Assembly: GCA_050084985.1 (NCBI GenBank)
Contig: JBITNC010000001.1
Span: 189,534,001 to 189,598,000 of the forward strand
Direction: 5' to 3'
Source of the DNA: Nageia nagi
Taxonomy: Eukaryota > Plantae > Pinophyta
DNA length: 64,000 bases
Numbering within the stretch: the stretch's first letter is position 1; every line of letters begins with the position of its first letter. The notes beneath the pieces were generated by a model, which was not told where the DNA came from, ran no database searches, and worked only from the letters and a program-made list of their open reading frames with translations. Below are positions 25,850 through 39,849 of this stretch, piece after piece. The position numbers were made by a program, and so were the translations under genes.

Positions 25850-27290
25850 TTATTTTTTTTATCTGGTATTATGTCATTTTTTAACCTGGTTCCTTGTGTT
25901 TTACATTGGGGTTACTTTTCTATCCTTTGGAACATTTTCTCCCAAAATACTTTACATCCTTTGTTTTTTCTTCTATAGAGTAGGATTACATCATAATTTA
26001 GGCCTTTTTTGATCAATACATCATTAGTAAAGTATTCTTTTTCTATACAATATGCTCCCCTTGCTTCATTTTCAGCTATGTTATCTTTTTATTCATCAAT
26101 TAGATCATCTTCCTAGTGAGTATTCTCTTTGTTACCATTTTGTCTTTTCTTTCCTTTCTTATTTTTAGTATTTATATATTCTTCCTCTTGTACTTTTTGA
26201 GTATCATTATCTTTTTCCTCCTCTACCTCATTTACTTCTTCATCCTCTTCATCTTCCCCCTCCTCTTCTTTTATTCCTTTCTCCTCTACCTCTACCTCAT
26301 TTGCTTCTTTCTTTAGAGGAGTCTTTATTTTTTCTTCTTCTTTTTCCTTCTTTATTGTGCTAAAGGGACTTATGGCTCTCTTCACACTAGGTCTCATTGA
26401 CTTTTGATATTATAGTATCAGTTATATCTTGTAGTAATTCATCATTAATATTTCTTAGAGGTTCAAATATATTTGTCTTTGCTGCTTAATTTTATTTTAT
26501 TGGTTTTGTTTGAGGATTTATCCTTGGTGATTGTCATTTCCTTTATATATCTTATTGCTCCTCCCTTTTCTCTTGTATTTATGACTTTGAAGTTCCTTCA
26601 CCATATACCTTTCTTATCTTTTCCTTCCCTCCATTTATAGGCATCGTTTCATCTTCTAACCTAATTCCATTTGGTCTCCCTTGCCCATTATATCTTTTTT
26701 TATATTATCTTTGTTGATGTTATACTTATTGCTTCATTTTTACTATACAATCATTTTATGGGCACCCAAAACTATTGCAAAATGAACTTACAATAGGTTG
26801 CAGGTTGGTAGTGATCTCCCTTTTATTTTTCATGCATATTCTTGTCTAGAGGGGTTTCAATACATTGATATTAGCATAAAATCTTATCATGTTAAATGTA
26901 GATCCTTCTATACTATTTTTAACTAGACATATAAACTCTCCCAATGTGGATGTTACCATAATGATGGCTTCTATAAACCAAAAATCTAATGGGAGGTTAG
27001 GTAAGGAATCCACATGAACACCAGTGATAATTTTTTTTTCTTTGTTCTAAACCCTACATACCTTTTTTTAAGATATAATCCACTTTTCCCAAACCACTAT
27101 GGGACATTTTCCAGTACACATTGCAAATCTTCTTCTTGATTGAACTAAAATATTAGAAAATCATAAGGGAGGGTTGCCAAGTCCATTGTTCCTTTAATCT
27201 TCCAAGTTATTTTGATCAACTAGAAGGATAACTTAAACAATCCTCCAATACATGATCTAGATCTAGTACCATGTAAGAGATTCACAATAT
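25850..27290 (-). mobile_element. LINE (L1-like) ORF1 relic (DUF4283/zinc-knuckle type)
   Basis: Minus strand reads EEDLQCVLENVP*WFGKSGLYLKK and PNLPLDFW, followed by an E/K-rich linker (26113-26397). Confidence 0.65.
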
Positions 27291-28509
27291 AATATTTTTT
27301 TATTATGGCATACATGCATATTGATACAAGAAATGATTTTTTTAGTAAAATCAACCTAGTTATATTCTAACTCTAATAAACACATTACATGTTCCTAACT
27401 AAAATACATAGAAAAATAAATACAAAAATACTAAACATTATACCCATTATGTAATACTCATTCTAACAATTCATAAGATGCCTATGGATAGATACAAATA
27501 ATTCATACAATTCCTACCTACTAGAGTGGGTTTTACTATTCATATAATATTAACTTTATTACTTTACAATGATGTAATAAATATTTAATAAATTTTCTTT
27601 GATGTAATTCTTAAATATTATATAAAGAGATCAAATATGAGAGCCACCTTGTGTTGGTTAAGAGATTTACCCTAGTATGTGTGATCCTTGAATATGAGAG
27701 GTCAAATATTGCTTTCTTTATCCAAGTGATTAAAATGAAAATTATAGAAAGTAAAATACTAAAATTGATAATTGATAAGATATAGCTTGTATGATGGGAG
27801 ATAAAATATTTGAAAATGATGTGATGATACCTTAAAAATTTCTATAATAATATTTATAAATGTTGCAATATGTTTTTTATGTCTTGATATTGTTTGAAGC
27901 TATTATAACTATATAGGAACATTGTAATAATCTTTAAGCTACTATTACCATAGAAGAACATTGTAATAATTTTTACATTTTTTTATATGGCAAAAAAAAT
28001 GCCTTATGAACTTTATCTTAGTTACTTGCCTCCAACCATACTTATACTTTTCTGCAAAATTGTTACTTATTCTACCACAAAGGAATGGGGAGATTGAAAT
28101 TGGGCCTCCCATGGAGCATTCCCTTTACTTCCCCAACTCCCTTAATGTGGGTGGACAATAATCTTTACAAAGTTATGAAAAATAGGTTACGACCTTTAAA
28201 ACTTGTAAATAATAATATAAAGGAATAAATTATATAAAATAAATACTTACAAAAATTAAAATATTTATATTAAATATATCAAAAACTAAGAAAATTAATA
28301 AAATACCAACACTCTTGAAGAGAGATGAGGAGCTCAACTATGCACAAAAAGTAGGGTGAAGGAATTGGATTCTCTATGAGGCTCCAAGATGAAATTACTG
28401 GCTCTCTTTCAAAGCTAGAAAATGAGATCGATTCATGCAAGGTTAGATATTCTTAGGTAAAGCAAGAAGAAACCCTAATTACCTAAATATAATATACAAA
28501 TAAGGAATA

Positions 28510-29880
28510 TATGAGGATGAAAGAATGCAATGCAAATTTTTGGAAGGTTAATGATGGATTGCAAGCAGATGCCACATCTTTGGAATCCTACAAAGTGGCT
28601 CGAAGACTATATTTCTCATTTGATGATGGGGATTTTCCAAAATATGATAGGGGATTTTTACATAAGCATCGATGGAAGTAGGAATGAAGGGCATATCTAT
28701 TTGCTAGAACCTCTCCCTTGGTTTTAATTGATGAAGACAACTTCACTTTTGATAGTGAACACTTGGAAAAAAATGCCATTATATGCAAGATTTGAGGATG
28801 ATTACCTAGTCATGAGATGTTGGAGGCTTTTGTAAGAGAACACTGGGCAAAGGAAGTAATTGTAACCTTGATGCCCAATAATTTCTTCACAATTGTCTTT
28901 CTAAATCAAGCAGAAAGGTATATAATTCTTGAAAAAAAACATAATTGGTTTTTTTGACATTGGAGTATTTTCATGCAACCTTAGAAATCAAGATTTAATC
29001 CACTTATAGAAGAAGTAGAAGGATAACCTATATGGATTAACATGTATGATCTTCCCATAAAGTTTTTTGGGGGGGAACTTTTAGGAAGATTGGTTTCGTA
29101 ATTGGTAAATACCTTTTTTTGGATGATAGGACTAATATAAATTCTTTTATAAATTGAGTAATGAGTAAGGCTAGAATGGTTGTATGGATGAAAATAGATT
29201 CCCCATGGCCGAAGTTCATCACATTTCACTCAAAATAAATTGAATGGAAATAAGATATTAAATATAAAAAAAAATTATGCGTTGTTTTGGGTGTCAATAA
29301 TATGATCATATAAAATGCAAGTTCCTAAAGTTGCAAGATCCACGTGTTAAAATAGACTCTATGGTTTGTGGAAGGATGGAGTTTCATTAGAATGATAAAG
29401 CTCATGTTTTAGAATAAATTATGAGTGTAAAATTACAAATATCTAGTGTACTTTCCTCAAGTTTAGATCTGATGGAAATCGATAACTTGGAATTCGACCC
29501 TAAGAATGTTAAATTTGAACAACCCCCAAAGGTAATTTTGATGTTCAACGATTAAATTGAAAGTTTGAGGATGATAAGCTAATAAATTTGGTATACTTTG
29601 AAACCTCTCCAATGGGGGATGGGATTCAATAAACCCCCATAGTAACTCCTTTGGAGCAATAGGGATCAATCAAAAGGACTTTAGATTAATATAAGTACAT
29701 CACACAAGGAGAGGAAACTAAAAATGTTAAATCAAAAGAATGTTCATTCAAATATTCAAAGGATAAAGCAAAGGAAAATTTACCTAAATATTTGAATGCC
29801 TTTGGAAAGGACCCATATGGAAAATATGAAGCTTTAATTTAAGACACTGGGATACAACACAAAGATATTATTTGAGAAGT
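28510..29880 (+). mobile_element. LINE ORF1 relic
   Basis: LEKNAIICKI..LPSHEMLEAFVREHW..VTLMPNNFFTIVF and PIWINMYDLPIKFF, typical of plant L1 ORF1 DUF4283; many stops. Confidence 0.7.
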
Positions 29881-30569
29881 CTAAAATGTAGAAATACATT
29901 TTTAGACTTAGCAAAAATATCTAGGATTAACACATGAGCCACATATGATGTTTAGCAGTTGTCTACAATGTTTGGTCATTTGTATGTTAGCTGAGGAGGA
30001 GAATAGTCATAGCCAAGATAGTTCCTATAGCTCTAGCAACTAGACTACAAAGACCCACAAATGTATAACCCATGTTTCAAATGTTACATATGTTGAAAAT
30101 CTACCTTTTTGTAGATACAAGTTTTGGGGCCCTATTTTTTGAAAACCTACTAATCTTTTTTACCCTTATAAAAAAAAAAAGACCAACACTCTTAAAAATA
30201 TGAACTTTTAATAATTCCTTTATATAAATTAATCTTTTGATATAACATTTTTTTTATTTGTTTACTATATTAAGAGGAATCCTTCAACTAAAACTAGGGA
30301 TTTTCAGATTCAAATATTTGGTTGTATTAAAAAGTTAATAAAATCAAATAATGAATCTAATGTTTGAAATTGAATCAAAAATTTAAAATATATGTATAAA
30401 AAAAAATTATATTTATAACTAAAATTACATAATATAAAATTAATGTACATATAAAGGCTATGACACATTACAATCTATAATGTTGAATAATTTATGCATA
30501 TTATAGTCTACAAATGTAAATTATATAGTGCTCTCCTTCAAGATTTGTGAGGATAGTAGGTTCTACTAT

Positions 30570-31270
30570 GATATTGCATTCGTACCTAAGATTGCCAACC
30601 ATGTAAAAAAAGCTCTACTTATGGAGAATACCTTTTCTTTTTTACTATAAACTTTAATGTAAGCATAGGCCTTATCAATGAAAGTTTAAGAAATATATTA
30701 TGAGTATCCTCTTTAAATCTTGGCATGATTTGATTTATTGAATAACAAATTAGGTGAACCTCTTCCACTTGAGATTGAGAATCTAAAAGGATTGATGTAT
30801 CTCAATTTGTCTATGAATAGTCTCAACTAGCCAATTCAAGAGAGTTTTGGAAATCTGGTGCACTCAAAATTTGTAGATCTTTCTTTCAATAAATTTTTAA
30901 TATGCACTCCATTGCAACTTGATAACCTCACATATTTGACACATTTAAATATCTCTTGTAATAATATTTATGGAATGATATCTTAGGAAGGAGGTCAAAT
31001 AGTTACATTTAATAAGTGATCATATATAGGAAATCCACATATATGGGAATGTCTACTTGCAAGGAATTATTTTCATCTACTTGCATGGGCATCTCCTCCT
31101 CTTATTATGGGTTTAGAGAAGAAGAGTGATATGAAATTGGATCAAGTTATTAAGATTCCTAATGTATGCATACAAATAAAGTTGGCAATCAAATTTGGTG
31201 TCAAAATTCCATTTGAAGAGGATTTTTAATAGTTTATTTATGTCATAAAAAGGATAATCAATGGTATATT
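30570..31270 (+). pseudogene. LRR receptor-like protein (RLP) C-terminal pseudogene fragment
   Basis: FDLLNNKLGEPLPLEIENLKGLMYLNLSMNSL..PIQESFGNL..VDLSFNKF..PLQLDNLTYLTHLNISCNNIYGMI..GGQIVTF..SYIGNPH matches extracytoplasmic LRRs plus the C-cap; contains stops. Confidence 0.85.
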
Positions 31271-31869
31271 TCTTGACATATTTCCTATAGAAACCAAAGA
31301 GGTTGGAGTCATTTGGAGAGCTAAAATTTCTTGGGAGGTCAAAGAGACATTAGTTACATTCATTCACACTTATAGAGACTTGAAAGGGATATAAGAAAAA
31401 TAAGACAACAAGGATAGTAGGAAAAATATGGAAAAAGAAGAGTGATCCATAAGAAAGTGGTCAGGTTGTTACCATGGTTGTAGGCTTGTCATGAGAGACT
31501 ACTATTACTATCAATTTGGTTGGGAATCAAACCAAGATGTAAAGAGCTTCATGGGAGCTTCTTTATTTTCATCTCCACACCATTGTTAAGAGAATATTCA
31601 TTTATAAATTACTTATATGGGTAATATTGTTATAATAAGATTGTTGCTTTAGTTTTGATGCATGTGGATACTCTAAAATATATAATGTATATAGGGTGGA
31701 CAAGTCATTATATGTTATTATTTATCATGTATTAGATAGATCACATAGCCTATAGTGGCAAATACGATTGTGTGGGAGCATGTTGGATGAGTTGGATGTA
31801 TAACATGTTTTTCTAGTACATATTTGTATTGCATATGAGAAGGATTTCCATATGTATCTTTTGTTTATT

Positions 31870-32260
31870 ATACTCTTAGAGGGAGATAGTAAATATTGTT
31901 GGTGATATGGTTGAAGATTCTTGAACTCTTAGAGGAAGGATTGAGACAACCATTTAAGAAGCCAATTGAAGGTTCTTGAGTCAAGTTTGAACTTGAGAAA
32001 AATAAAATTGATATTCTTGAGTCGCTTAGAGGGAGGGTTGAGAAGTATTTGAAGAGTTGATCAGATAGGGGTTGCAAAGGCCATTGGAGTTGGAATGGGT
32101 AATAAATGCCCATAGGATGACATAGCACTCACACTATTATGGTTGTAACTTATTGAATCATTGATCAAGGAAAAAATCAAAGTTGTTAAGACTAGATGTA
32201 CTCTCATTAAGAGGAACCAGTATAAATATATATGTTCATGTATGTGTGCAATTTTTTATC
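31870..32260 (+). repeat. LTR-like fragment related to the intronic copy at 38990-39370
   Basis: Shared CTCTTAGAGGGAG repeats, AAGTYTGAACTTGAGAA, and AGACTRGATGTACT...GTTCATGTRTGTGTGCAATTTT. Confidence 0.6.
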
Positions 32261-33239
32261 AATTTTAATCTAAGTAGCAATCTTATTTCACTAGTTAGAA
32301 TTTACACTTGAAATTTGGGCACTTAATCCTATAAAAAATAAATCACCAATGGTCATTTCTAGCATTTTTGGGCCACTAACGGTCCATTTTTTATAGTAAA
32401 AGTTGATGAATTTTTTGCATTAAGTTCACTTATATTTGTATGTGATGATCTTATGAATAGCATGGCTTATAGAGATCTACAGATCAAAGAGAGAGGAAGG
32501 CTTTCAATTTCCATGTTATAAAATATGTTTTGGATTTTTTATGGGAGTGGGGTATTAAACGGCAATGGTGGTGCTTATGGTGAAGCTCAATTGGAGGACA
32601 AAATGCTTTGAGGTGATGGATATAATGATAAATCTACTACTCAAACCTAAGCTTAAGCATAGGTTGTGTGGGGATGAAGATATAATAATGGACTTCCAAC
32701 TCCATTTTAGCATAGTTTAATTTCTTCTTATTACTCCAAAATTTATATGTTGTAAAAGGTAAAAGTTTACTTGAGTTTATATATTTAGCTAATAACAATG
32801 ACAAATTTAAAATAAATAAGTGTGAAATAACAAATGGGGATATTTCACTGATATATTAAAATTTATTTAAATGGTATGTATAGGTAAAAGATTAATGTAA
32901 TAATTTATGAAATTATTGTAATGAAATTTAGTTATAATGTAAAATTTTTATATGAAAATATCATATAAAATATCAATATAAGGATGAAGAATTCAAAAAT
33001 TTTAAATATTCTTTATATTATTATTTTTTTCATCCTATACTTGGGACTAATTTGTTTTTGTTGATAACATATGAGCAAGAGTTTTAAAAGCTCCATATAT
33101 CTTTTACAATCTCAATCAAAGATTTTCAATAAGCATATATTTGAAACAACAAAAATAAAAATCAAAGGATAAGATTCTCAAGGATTTAGGGAAAACAAAT
33201 CTAACACATAAAAGAGTAAAAAATCAAACCAAACTTTAT

Positions 33240-34800
33240 CTAACACCTTCCTCTTTGGGTTTGGGTATTTCATGTTCAGATCTCCACTCCTTGGTTCCTT
33301 TGTGCAACCTCCTCAATCTTATTTTTACAAAACACCCTATAGCATTGGTCCCATTTTTGGAAGGTGTGTTCCTCTTTCTCTATCAATCCTTTTTCCACAA
33401 GTTGTTTAATCGAGAAGTAATACTTATTAGGTGGGGGTTTTGGGATCTCTTAGACCACCTTTTTTTCATATCCTTTAGCTAGCTCTTTGGTCTACTAGGT
33501 TAGAGTTTCCCAAAACATCTTCTCCATTATTTTCCTCATCACTTTAGGAGGCTTAAAGCCATAAACCACTCAATTTTTTCCATGCAACGGACTACCTCCT
33601 CATCACTTATAGAGTACAAGAATTGGACTTCATGAGTCTTTTAAATATTTAGGTTTAAAGTAATCTTTGCCTCTACTACTTAGTTATCTCTATCGATATT
33701 TGATCAAATTCAATATGTATCTTTAGGCATACCTCCAAGATAGTCACTTGAATCCCCTTCTCCATTCCTATCATTTGTTGCATGGGTGGCATGATTTGTT
33801 CTACCCACTAAATTTTTCTTACCATATCAACCCTCCCTTAAGAGCAAGGATCCGCATCTATTGTGTAACTTTCTTTCCTTTTTTATTGGTAAGGACCATG
33901 TTTGGAACATGTTGAGTTTCTAAGAAGTCCTATATCTCCACAATATGAACCACTACCCATTTATTATTGTTGTTAAGTTTAAAGATGGATATTCATCCCT
34001 TTCAGTATTGGATCCTACTCCTTAAAGGGCAGACTCACTTTTACCAACTCTTTTGAAGATGTTTCCTTATTTGGACCTTTTGGTAAAGGCTCCCCCAATG
34101 ATTGGTTTGTGCTAGCCTTTAGAATCTTAAAAACTCGATGGTTTAAAAGGATTAGATTATTGGGTTTATCCCCTTGTTTCCATGTTAATTTATTTTTACA
34201 CTATTTCCTTTGTACATATACTTGTCGAGCGACTTGCAACCCCACACAAAGTACACACCCTTAGTTTAAATAAAAATTCTATCTCTTGCTCCCAAGTCCA
34301 CATTAAGTTAGAAACTAGGGTGATGGATTTTGGGAGGTCTTCTTCCAAGTTAGCTTGAATAGTTATCTAGTTAAACACCTATGACCTAGCCTTCATAGCA
34401 TTACCTAGGGTTGTAGGAGTTCCAACTGCTTAGGCTATACCCATTAGGATGTCATCATGCCATAACTGAATGGGCAATATGATCCATATGGGGGCCATGT
34501 TAAATCATTAGGTGTTTGGACTAAAATTTGAACCCCACTTCCTTAGAAAAAAGCTCCTCTTCCCAAAGAACCATAGTCCATGAGATAGTATTTATTGCAT
34601 ATCTTGTTATGAGTCAAGTTTTACTATGAAGAAACCTCTTGGCAATGTTGTGACATCCAAATACCCCTTGGGTCTCCATTTTCTCATAATCCAACATCTC
34701 AAAGAGTCCAAATCTAGTCTAAGGTCAAAACATTTCCCTATCATATCAAAAATACCTTGTTCTTGAATCGATGTAATGATTGTTAGGGGATGGGACAAAA
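33240..34800 (-). mobile_element. LINE ORF1 relic
   Basis: ORF 34607-34849 IGKCFDLRLDLDSLRCWIMRKWRPKGYLDVTTLPRGFFIVK (DUF4283), continuing with WFFG..FLRKWGSNF-like and PIQLWHDDIL segments. Confidence 0.7.
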
Positions 34801-35039
34801 TTATTTTTATTTTAAATTTGATTTTTTTAAATTTATTTAGAAATACCATGATAAAGATGTAAATGCTATTATTAACTAATTACTTTTATTTTTTAAATAA
34901 CATATTAATGTAGTAACATTTATATTTAATAAAAAAGTAGTTTATATATTAATGTATTTTTTATATATTAATGCATTATTGATAAATATTGATATTATTT
35001 TTAGATATAATAATGATTATTGGAATCTTATTGGGAGTA

Positions 35040-35434
35040 AACTTGAAGATCATGTATTTGTCAAATATAACAGTGTCATAATGTGCAAAATTCTCAAAAA
35101 TAGGAGATGGTAACCGTCACCATCTTAATATTATCAAAAAATGTAAAAATTGAATAATTGTCAAGTGAACTTTCATTGTTAAACCTTGCAAGATATCACC
35201 TTATAAGATTATACAAAAAGGAAATTTTTCAAAAATATGAGATGATAATCATCAACATCATAATGTATGAATAGCTAAAAAAATTCTCGGGTGGACTCTC
35301 ATTGTCAAACCTATAGAACGTTGGCATGGAAAAGTGCACAAAAATGAAAATTCCTTAAAATATGAGATGGTAATAAAAAGATCGAGTGGAATTCTATTGT
35401 TAAGCCTTAAAGAATGTCAACATGCATGAGTGCA

Positions 35435-35466
<32 letters not shown>

Positions 35467-35930
35467 CACAAGAATAGTAATTATCACCATTATAATCATG
35501 TCAAAACATATAGAATGTTGGAAACTTTTAAAATGAACTTCCATTGTCAAACCTTGTAGAACGTTGGCCTACATGAGTACACAAAAAAGAAAATTATCAA
35601 AAATATGAGATGGTCATCATGGGGTAGTAATCATCATCATAATATTGTCACAACATATAACAAGTTAAAAAAATGGTCAAGTGAAATTCCAATGCCAAAC
35701 CTTGTAGACTCTCACCCTAAAAGATTATACAAAAAATACAATTTTGAAAAATATAATGTGGTAATCATTAACATTATAATAATGTCCTAACATATAATAA
35801 GCTAGAATATTCTTAGGTATACTTCTATTGTCAAACCTTGTAGAATGGCATTCTATAAGAGTGTATAGAAAAGAAAATTTTTAAAAATATGAGATAATAA
35901 TAATCATCATAAAAATAACATCATGATACA
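35040..35930. repeat. degenerate ~125-145-bp tandem repeat x~7 about 1 kb upstream of STN7
   Basis: AAAATATGAGATGGTAATC-like motif at about 35097, 35233, 35357, 35601, 35747 and 35884; CATTGTCAAACCTTGTAGAA motif in most units. Confidence 0.8.
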
Positions 35931-36699
35931 AGAAATGAATATCCAAAAAATTGATAAGTGGAGGACTTAGAAAATTGCATCCATTCTCATATAATCGCTA
36001 TGAAAAACTTAAGTGAAGAAAAAGAGTTGCTAAAAGAAAAACTAAACATCTTAAATAAGAAAAGTGGTATTCCACCACTATGGAAGCTACTAGCTTGGAT
36101 ATTTTAAATGTATATCTACAAAACATTGAAATATATCAATCTCAAGATGCTTATTTTATCTCTTTTGGTATGATATGCAAAATAGACATCTCAAGATTGA
36201 TACCTTTCTACATTTGGTATATATATATATATATATAATTGTAAAATAAATTTAAATTATAAACCTTACCTTTAAAAACTCAACCTACTTAATAAAAAAT
36301 TTGAGATTTATATGTAAATTAATAATGCTTGCAGTGAAATAGTAATAATAAAAGAGATTAGCATGTTTTAATTTAAATGATCTAATTTCTTTATTTCTTA
36401 AATGAAAAGTTAAGAGAAAAATATGTTTAAGAGATAGCTCAAATGTTTTAAGCATTAACTTTCTTTTTAAAAATTCAAAAATTTAAACTTTTGTATAGAT
36501 ATATGTGTTAGGTTGATGACTAATCTACGAAAAACCTATACTCTATAAAAAGATTGTAATAAGCCATTACATAATATATATATATTAATTAATTACAGCA
36601 CTTTTAACTTTAAAAAGATCATAATTGAAAGAAGTTTAAAGAATCATAGTTGAGAGAAAACTACTCAACTCTACCTGTCCTAAAAATAAGATATAGCCA

Positions 36700-36980
36700 A
36701 ATTCTGTTTAAGAAGAAAAAACTACAGCCGCACAGGATCTCCTCTGTAAGGCCTCTCTGCTGAAAACGAATGCTATTACAACGATGTGGGGAACGGAGGC
36801 CGCCCGAGTTGGATAGCTCATGCCCCACACACGTGGTCATGCACCACAAACTCAACGCAACCATTCTCTTCATCTCCATTCTAATCCACCAAGCCTATAC
36901 AACAAATTCGGATGAAAAACATTCATGGCATCCCTCCAATCCCAAAACGTCATTAGAAAAATCCACAAACAAACATAATA
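36700..36980 (+). promoter_or_regulatory. STN7 proximal promoter/5'UTR with G-box CACGTG (36830-36835)
   Basis: CpG-retaining island immediately 5' of the ATG in otherwise CpG-poor DNA; ACACGTGG is a known light/ABA-responsive G-box/ABRE core. Confidence 0.55.
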
Positions 36981-37406
36981 ATGGCAGTGTTAGCAACTGA
37001 TAGTTTTTGGGGTGTGACTCCTCTTGTTAGTTGCTGCAGCAGAAGAAAGAACCTCTACTCTTGCTTTATTGGAAGGAATGTGAAGCTTACTTGGAAGGAG
37101 AAACCACATCAGTTAATTCTGGGAAACAAGAGGAAGCACTTGATTTATGCACAATGGGAATTTTTGGGCTCTGATTTGATACTAGGTGTGGGTGTGGGAT
37201 TGCCATGCACTGTGATGGAGTGTGGGGATGTAGTGTACAGGAGCACATTGCCACAATCCAGCGGCATAAACATAACACCACCAGGGGTTATTTTGGCATT
37301 CTCGTCAGCATCGTATTTATGGGCGACACCTGGAGTGGCACCCGGATTCTGGGACATGTTCGTTTTGGCTGCTCTTGAACGATTTTTCCGACCATCTTAC
37401 AGAAAG
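36981..37406 (+). CDS. STN7: STN7 thylakoid Ser/Thr kinase, exon 1 (transit peptide, lumenal CxxxxC, TM helix)
   Basis: GVGVGLPCTVMECGDVVYRSTLP..YLWATPGVAPGFWDMFVLA..ERFFRPSYRK is the STN7 signature; GT donor at 37407, phase 0. Confidence 0.96.
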
Positions 37407-38989
37407 GTAGGTATGCTCAATTGGAATACTCCTTGTTATACGGACATCAAATTTTTGAAGTCTTGTAGCAGATGGGATGCTGTAGGAATGGAACGCCATT
37501 GTTTGAAGTCTTGATTGGCAACTAGCGGAATCAATATCTAAAATGTTTGGATTAAGAGCTGCACCTATTAGTACCCAAAACATACATACAACAAATTTTT
37601 TTACTTCTTCTCAATTCGACACATGGGAAATTTTAACCCTTTAGAACAAATGATACGTACTTATCCTCGTTGTCTTTTCAAGTATGATCCGCCTATTTTG
37701 GATGATTTTCTGTTTTATAATTTTTATATTTTAAGGAAACTAAATTTATATGAAAATTGCCTCTGTGCAACAATTTCCTTCGAGCTATGGCCTCCTTCAT
37801 CTAGTTAAATATCTCTTCGTGTTAAGATATTGGTTGATTTATGCAATGGACTCATAGAGAGGTCGCCTCCACTTTTCTCTGTTGCTACTAAAATACTGTG
37901 GGAAAGTTCTAGCGGCAACAGGACCCTGTAATTAATAATTTTCAGTATCTGTAATATTAATCAGAATTTCAGGGTAAGAATAAATAATAAGTTTAGTTTT
38001 GGAAAGTGCAAACAATGTCTTGATTCCAATGGTGCAGGAAAGTTTTAGTGCCCCACCTTTAGCAGCCGCCCAAAGTTTTCTGCAAAAGAAAATAGCAGCT
38101 GCTAGATTTTAGGGGGAGATTCTACTTTTTTATTTTCCCTTGCAGAAGATGGATACAACTTGTTTGGGATCACCTGCCGAGGTAAAATAGAGCAGTAGCC
38201 CTTACATGGGACCAATGCCTTATTGCATTGAATGGCAATCTTACCAGGAAGAGTTTAAGAATCTAAAAGTCAACGTGGTCTTTAAATCTTGGCAAGAAAA
38301 GGGAGAGTAAATTACACTTTCTTCAAAGAGTTGTTCCAAGCTTCATATTTTAGAAGAGGATATTTGTTTCGTAAATTTGGGACTTGAACAGTTACATAGC
38401 AAATTACGGTTGTAGACAATGGAGCCATTGTTGTCAACATATTATTTGTCAATTTTAGGTACTTTCCACCCTTGCATACATAGTCTGTCGCATCTTTCAA
38501 AGTAATGACTAATCCTATCCTATAAAATCGGTAGATACATATCTCAACGATGTTGGAAAATGTAAAATCTTGTTCCACAAAATTGGTAAGTTACTTTTCT
38601 CAAAGACTTGTTTGTTTTGGATTCCCAATATGATACTATGTCTAGGACATCTAACATCAATTAGGGCAATTTGGTATATTGATCCGAAAATTGGATGAAT
38701 ATATAAAGTTTCCTAATGTATGCATAAAAATACATCAAAATTTGGTGATGTCATAATTTTGATGTCATCACGAAGGAAGAGAACCACCAACAGTCCATTT
38801 ACTGTCACAAACAAACCGCTAGCAGTCCATTCCTACACAGAAAAAGGGAAGCTGAAGAGTTTCTTAGCATTTTTGGAGTTATTTGGGAAGCTAAAGAGAC
38901 AGGTGCAGATGAAGGGGCATCGAATTACTTCAACAAAAATTCCTAGGGACTTTATTCTTGTTCAATTTTTTTGAAGCATAGAATTTGAA

Positions 38990-39370
38990 ACTGAATTTGG
39001 GAGATGGTATCATCTTCTTGAGCTCTTAGAGGGAGAATTAAGGAGAAGCCATTGAAGAACCAGACCAAAATCTTCTTGAGCCACTTAGAGGGAGGTTTGA
39101 GAAGCCAAATCAAAACTTCTTGAATGAAGTCTGAACTTGAGAAGCATCTTTTGAAGTGTTGAGTGGAGTTGTCGAAGAAGTGTTGCAGCATTCAATAGGG
39201 AGATTGATGACTATGAGAGACAATGTTCTCTTCCACTGACTGTATTTTAATGTTTTCTTTTTGGCCAAATCCATAAAAACGAGCTCTTTTAGACTGGATG
39301 TACTGTCACATTAAGGGTAACCAGCATAAACATTTGTGTTCATGTGTGTGTGCAATTTTCTGTCAAAATC
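38990..39370 (+). repeat. LTR-like fragment in STN7 intron 1 (relative of 31870-32260)
   Basis: Same shared motifs as 31870-32260. Confidence 0.6.
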
Positions 39371-39849
39371 CTTAAATGATGAGAGCATGCGTTTTCTATG
39401 ATACTCAGTAGAGTTCACAAGATAGTAGGAGGTTGCAAAGAGTTCCAGAAGACATTCCTATGGAAAAAGAAAGTTTGCAATGTGGACAAACATTCTTTTG
39501 GAGAGAATCTAGTGATTCTAGGCAATATAGATCAATCAGGTCAAACAACATACCAAAATCTGCAAAGACCAAAGCTACAGATTAAAACATTACTATTATT
39601 TAGGAGATGTATATTATTGTGTAAAACCCTTGTCATTTGTAGAAAATTTGCACTGTAGAAGATTGCAATGTACCATGCATAGAAAACATTCATCAATGGT
39701 TGTCTCCAATTGTACGCATATGCCTGATCCTAAGTTGCATATTGCTAATTTTTTAGTCCATGTACTTTACCATCTTTTAATTCCTGATAATAATAAGTAT
39801 TGTCAAGTCTTTGATTATGATTAAATGATTGTTACATTTCTTGAGAATT

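Noticed and set aside
26113-26397. Acidic E/K-rich protein gene
   Set aside because: Low-complexity linker within a LINE ORF1 relic.
27630-27720. tRNA gene or tRNA-derived SINE (TGGTTAAG and GGTCAAAT boxes)
   Set aside because: Boxes too degenerate; no cloverleaf, tail or TSD supportable by eye.
36661-37583. Antisense and overlapping ORFs around STN7 exon 1
   Set aside because: Shadow frames of GC-richer coding and promoter DNA with no recognisable motifs.
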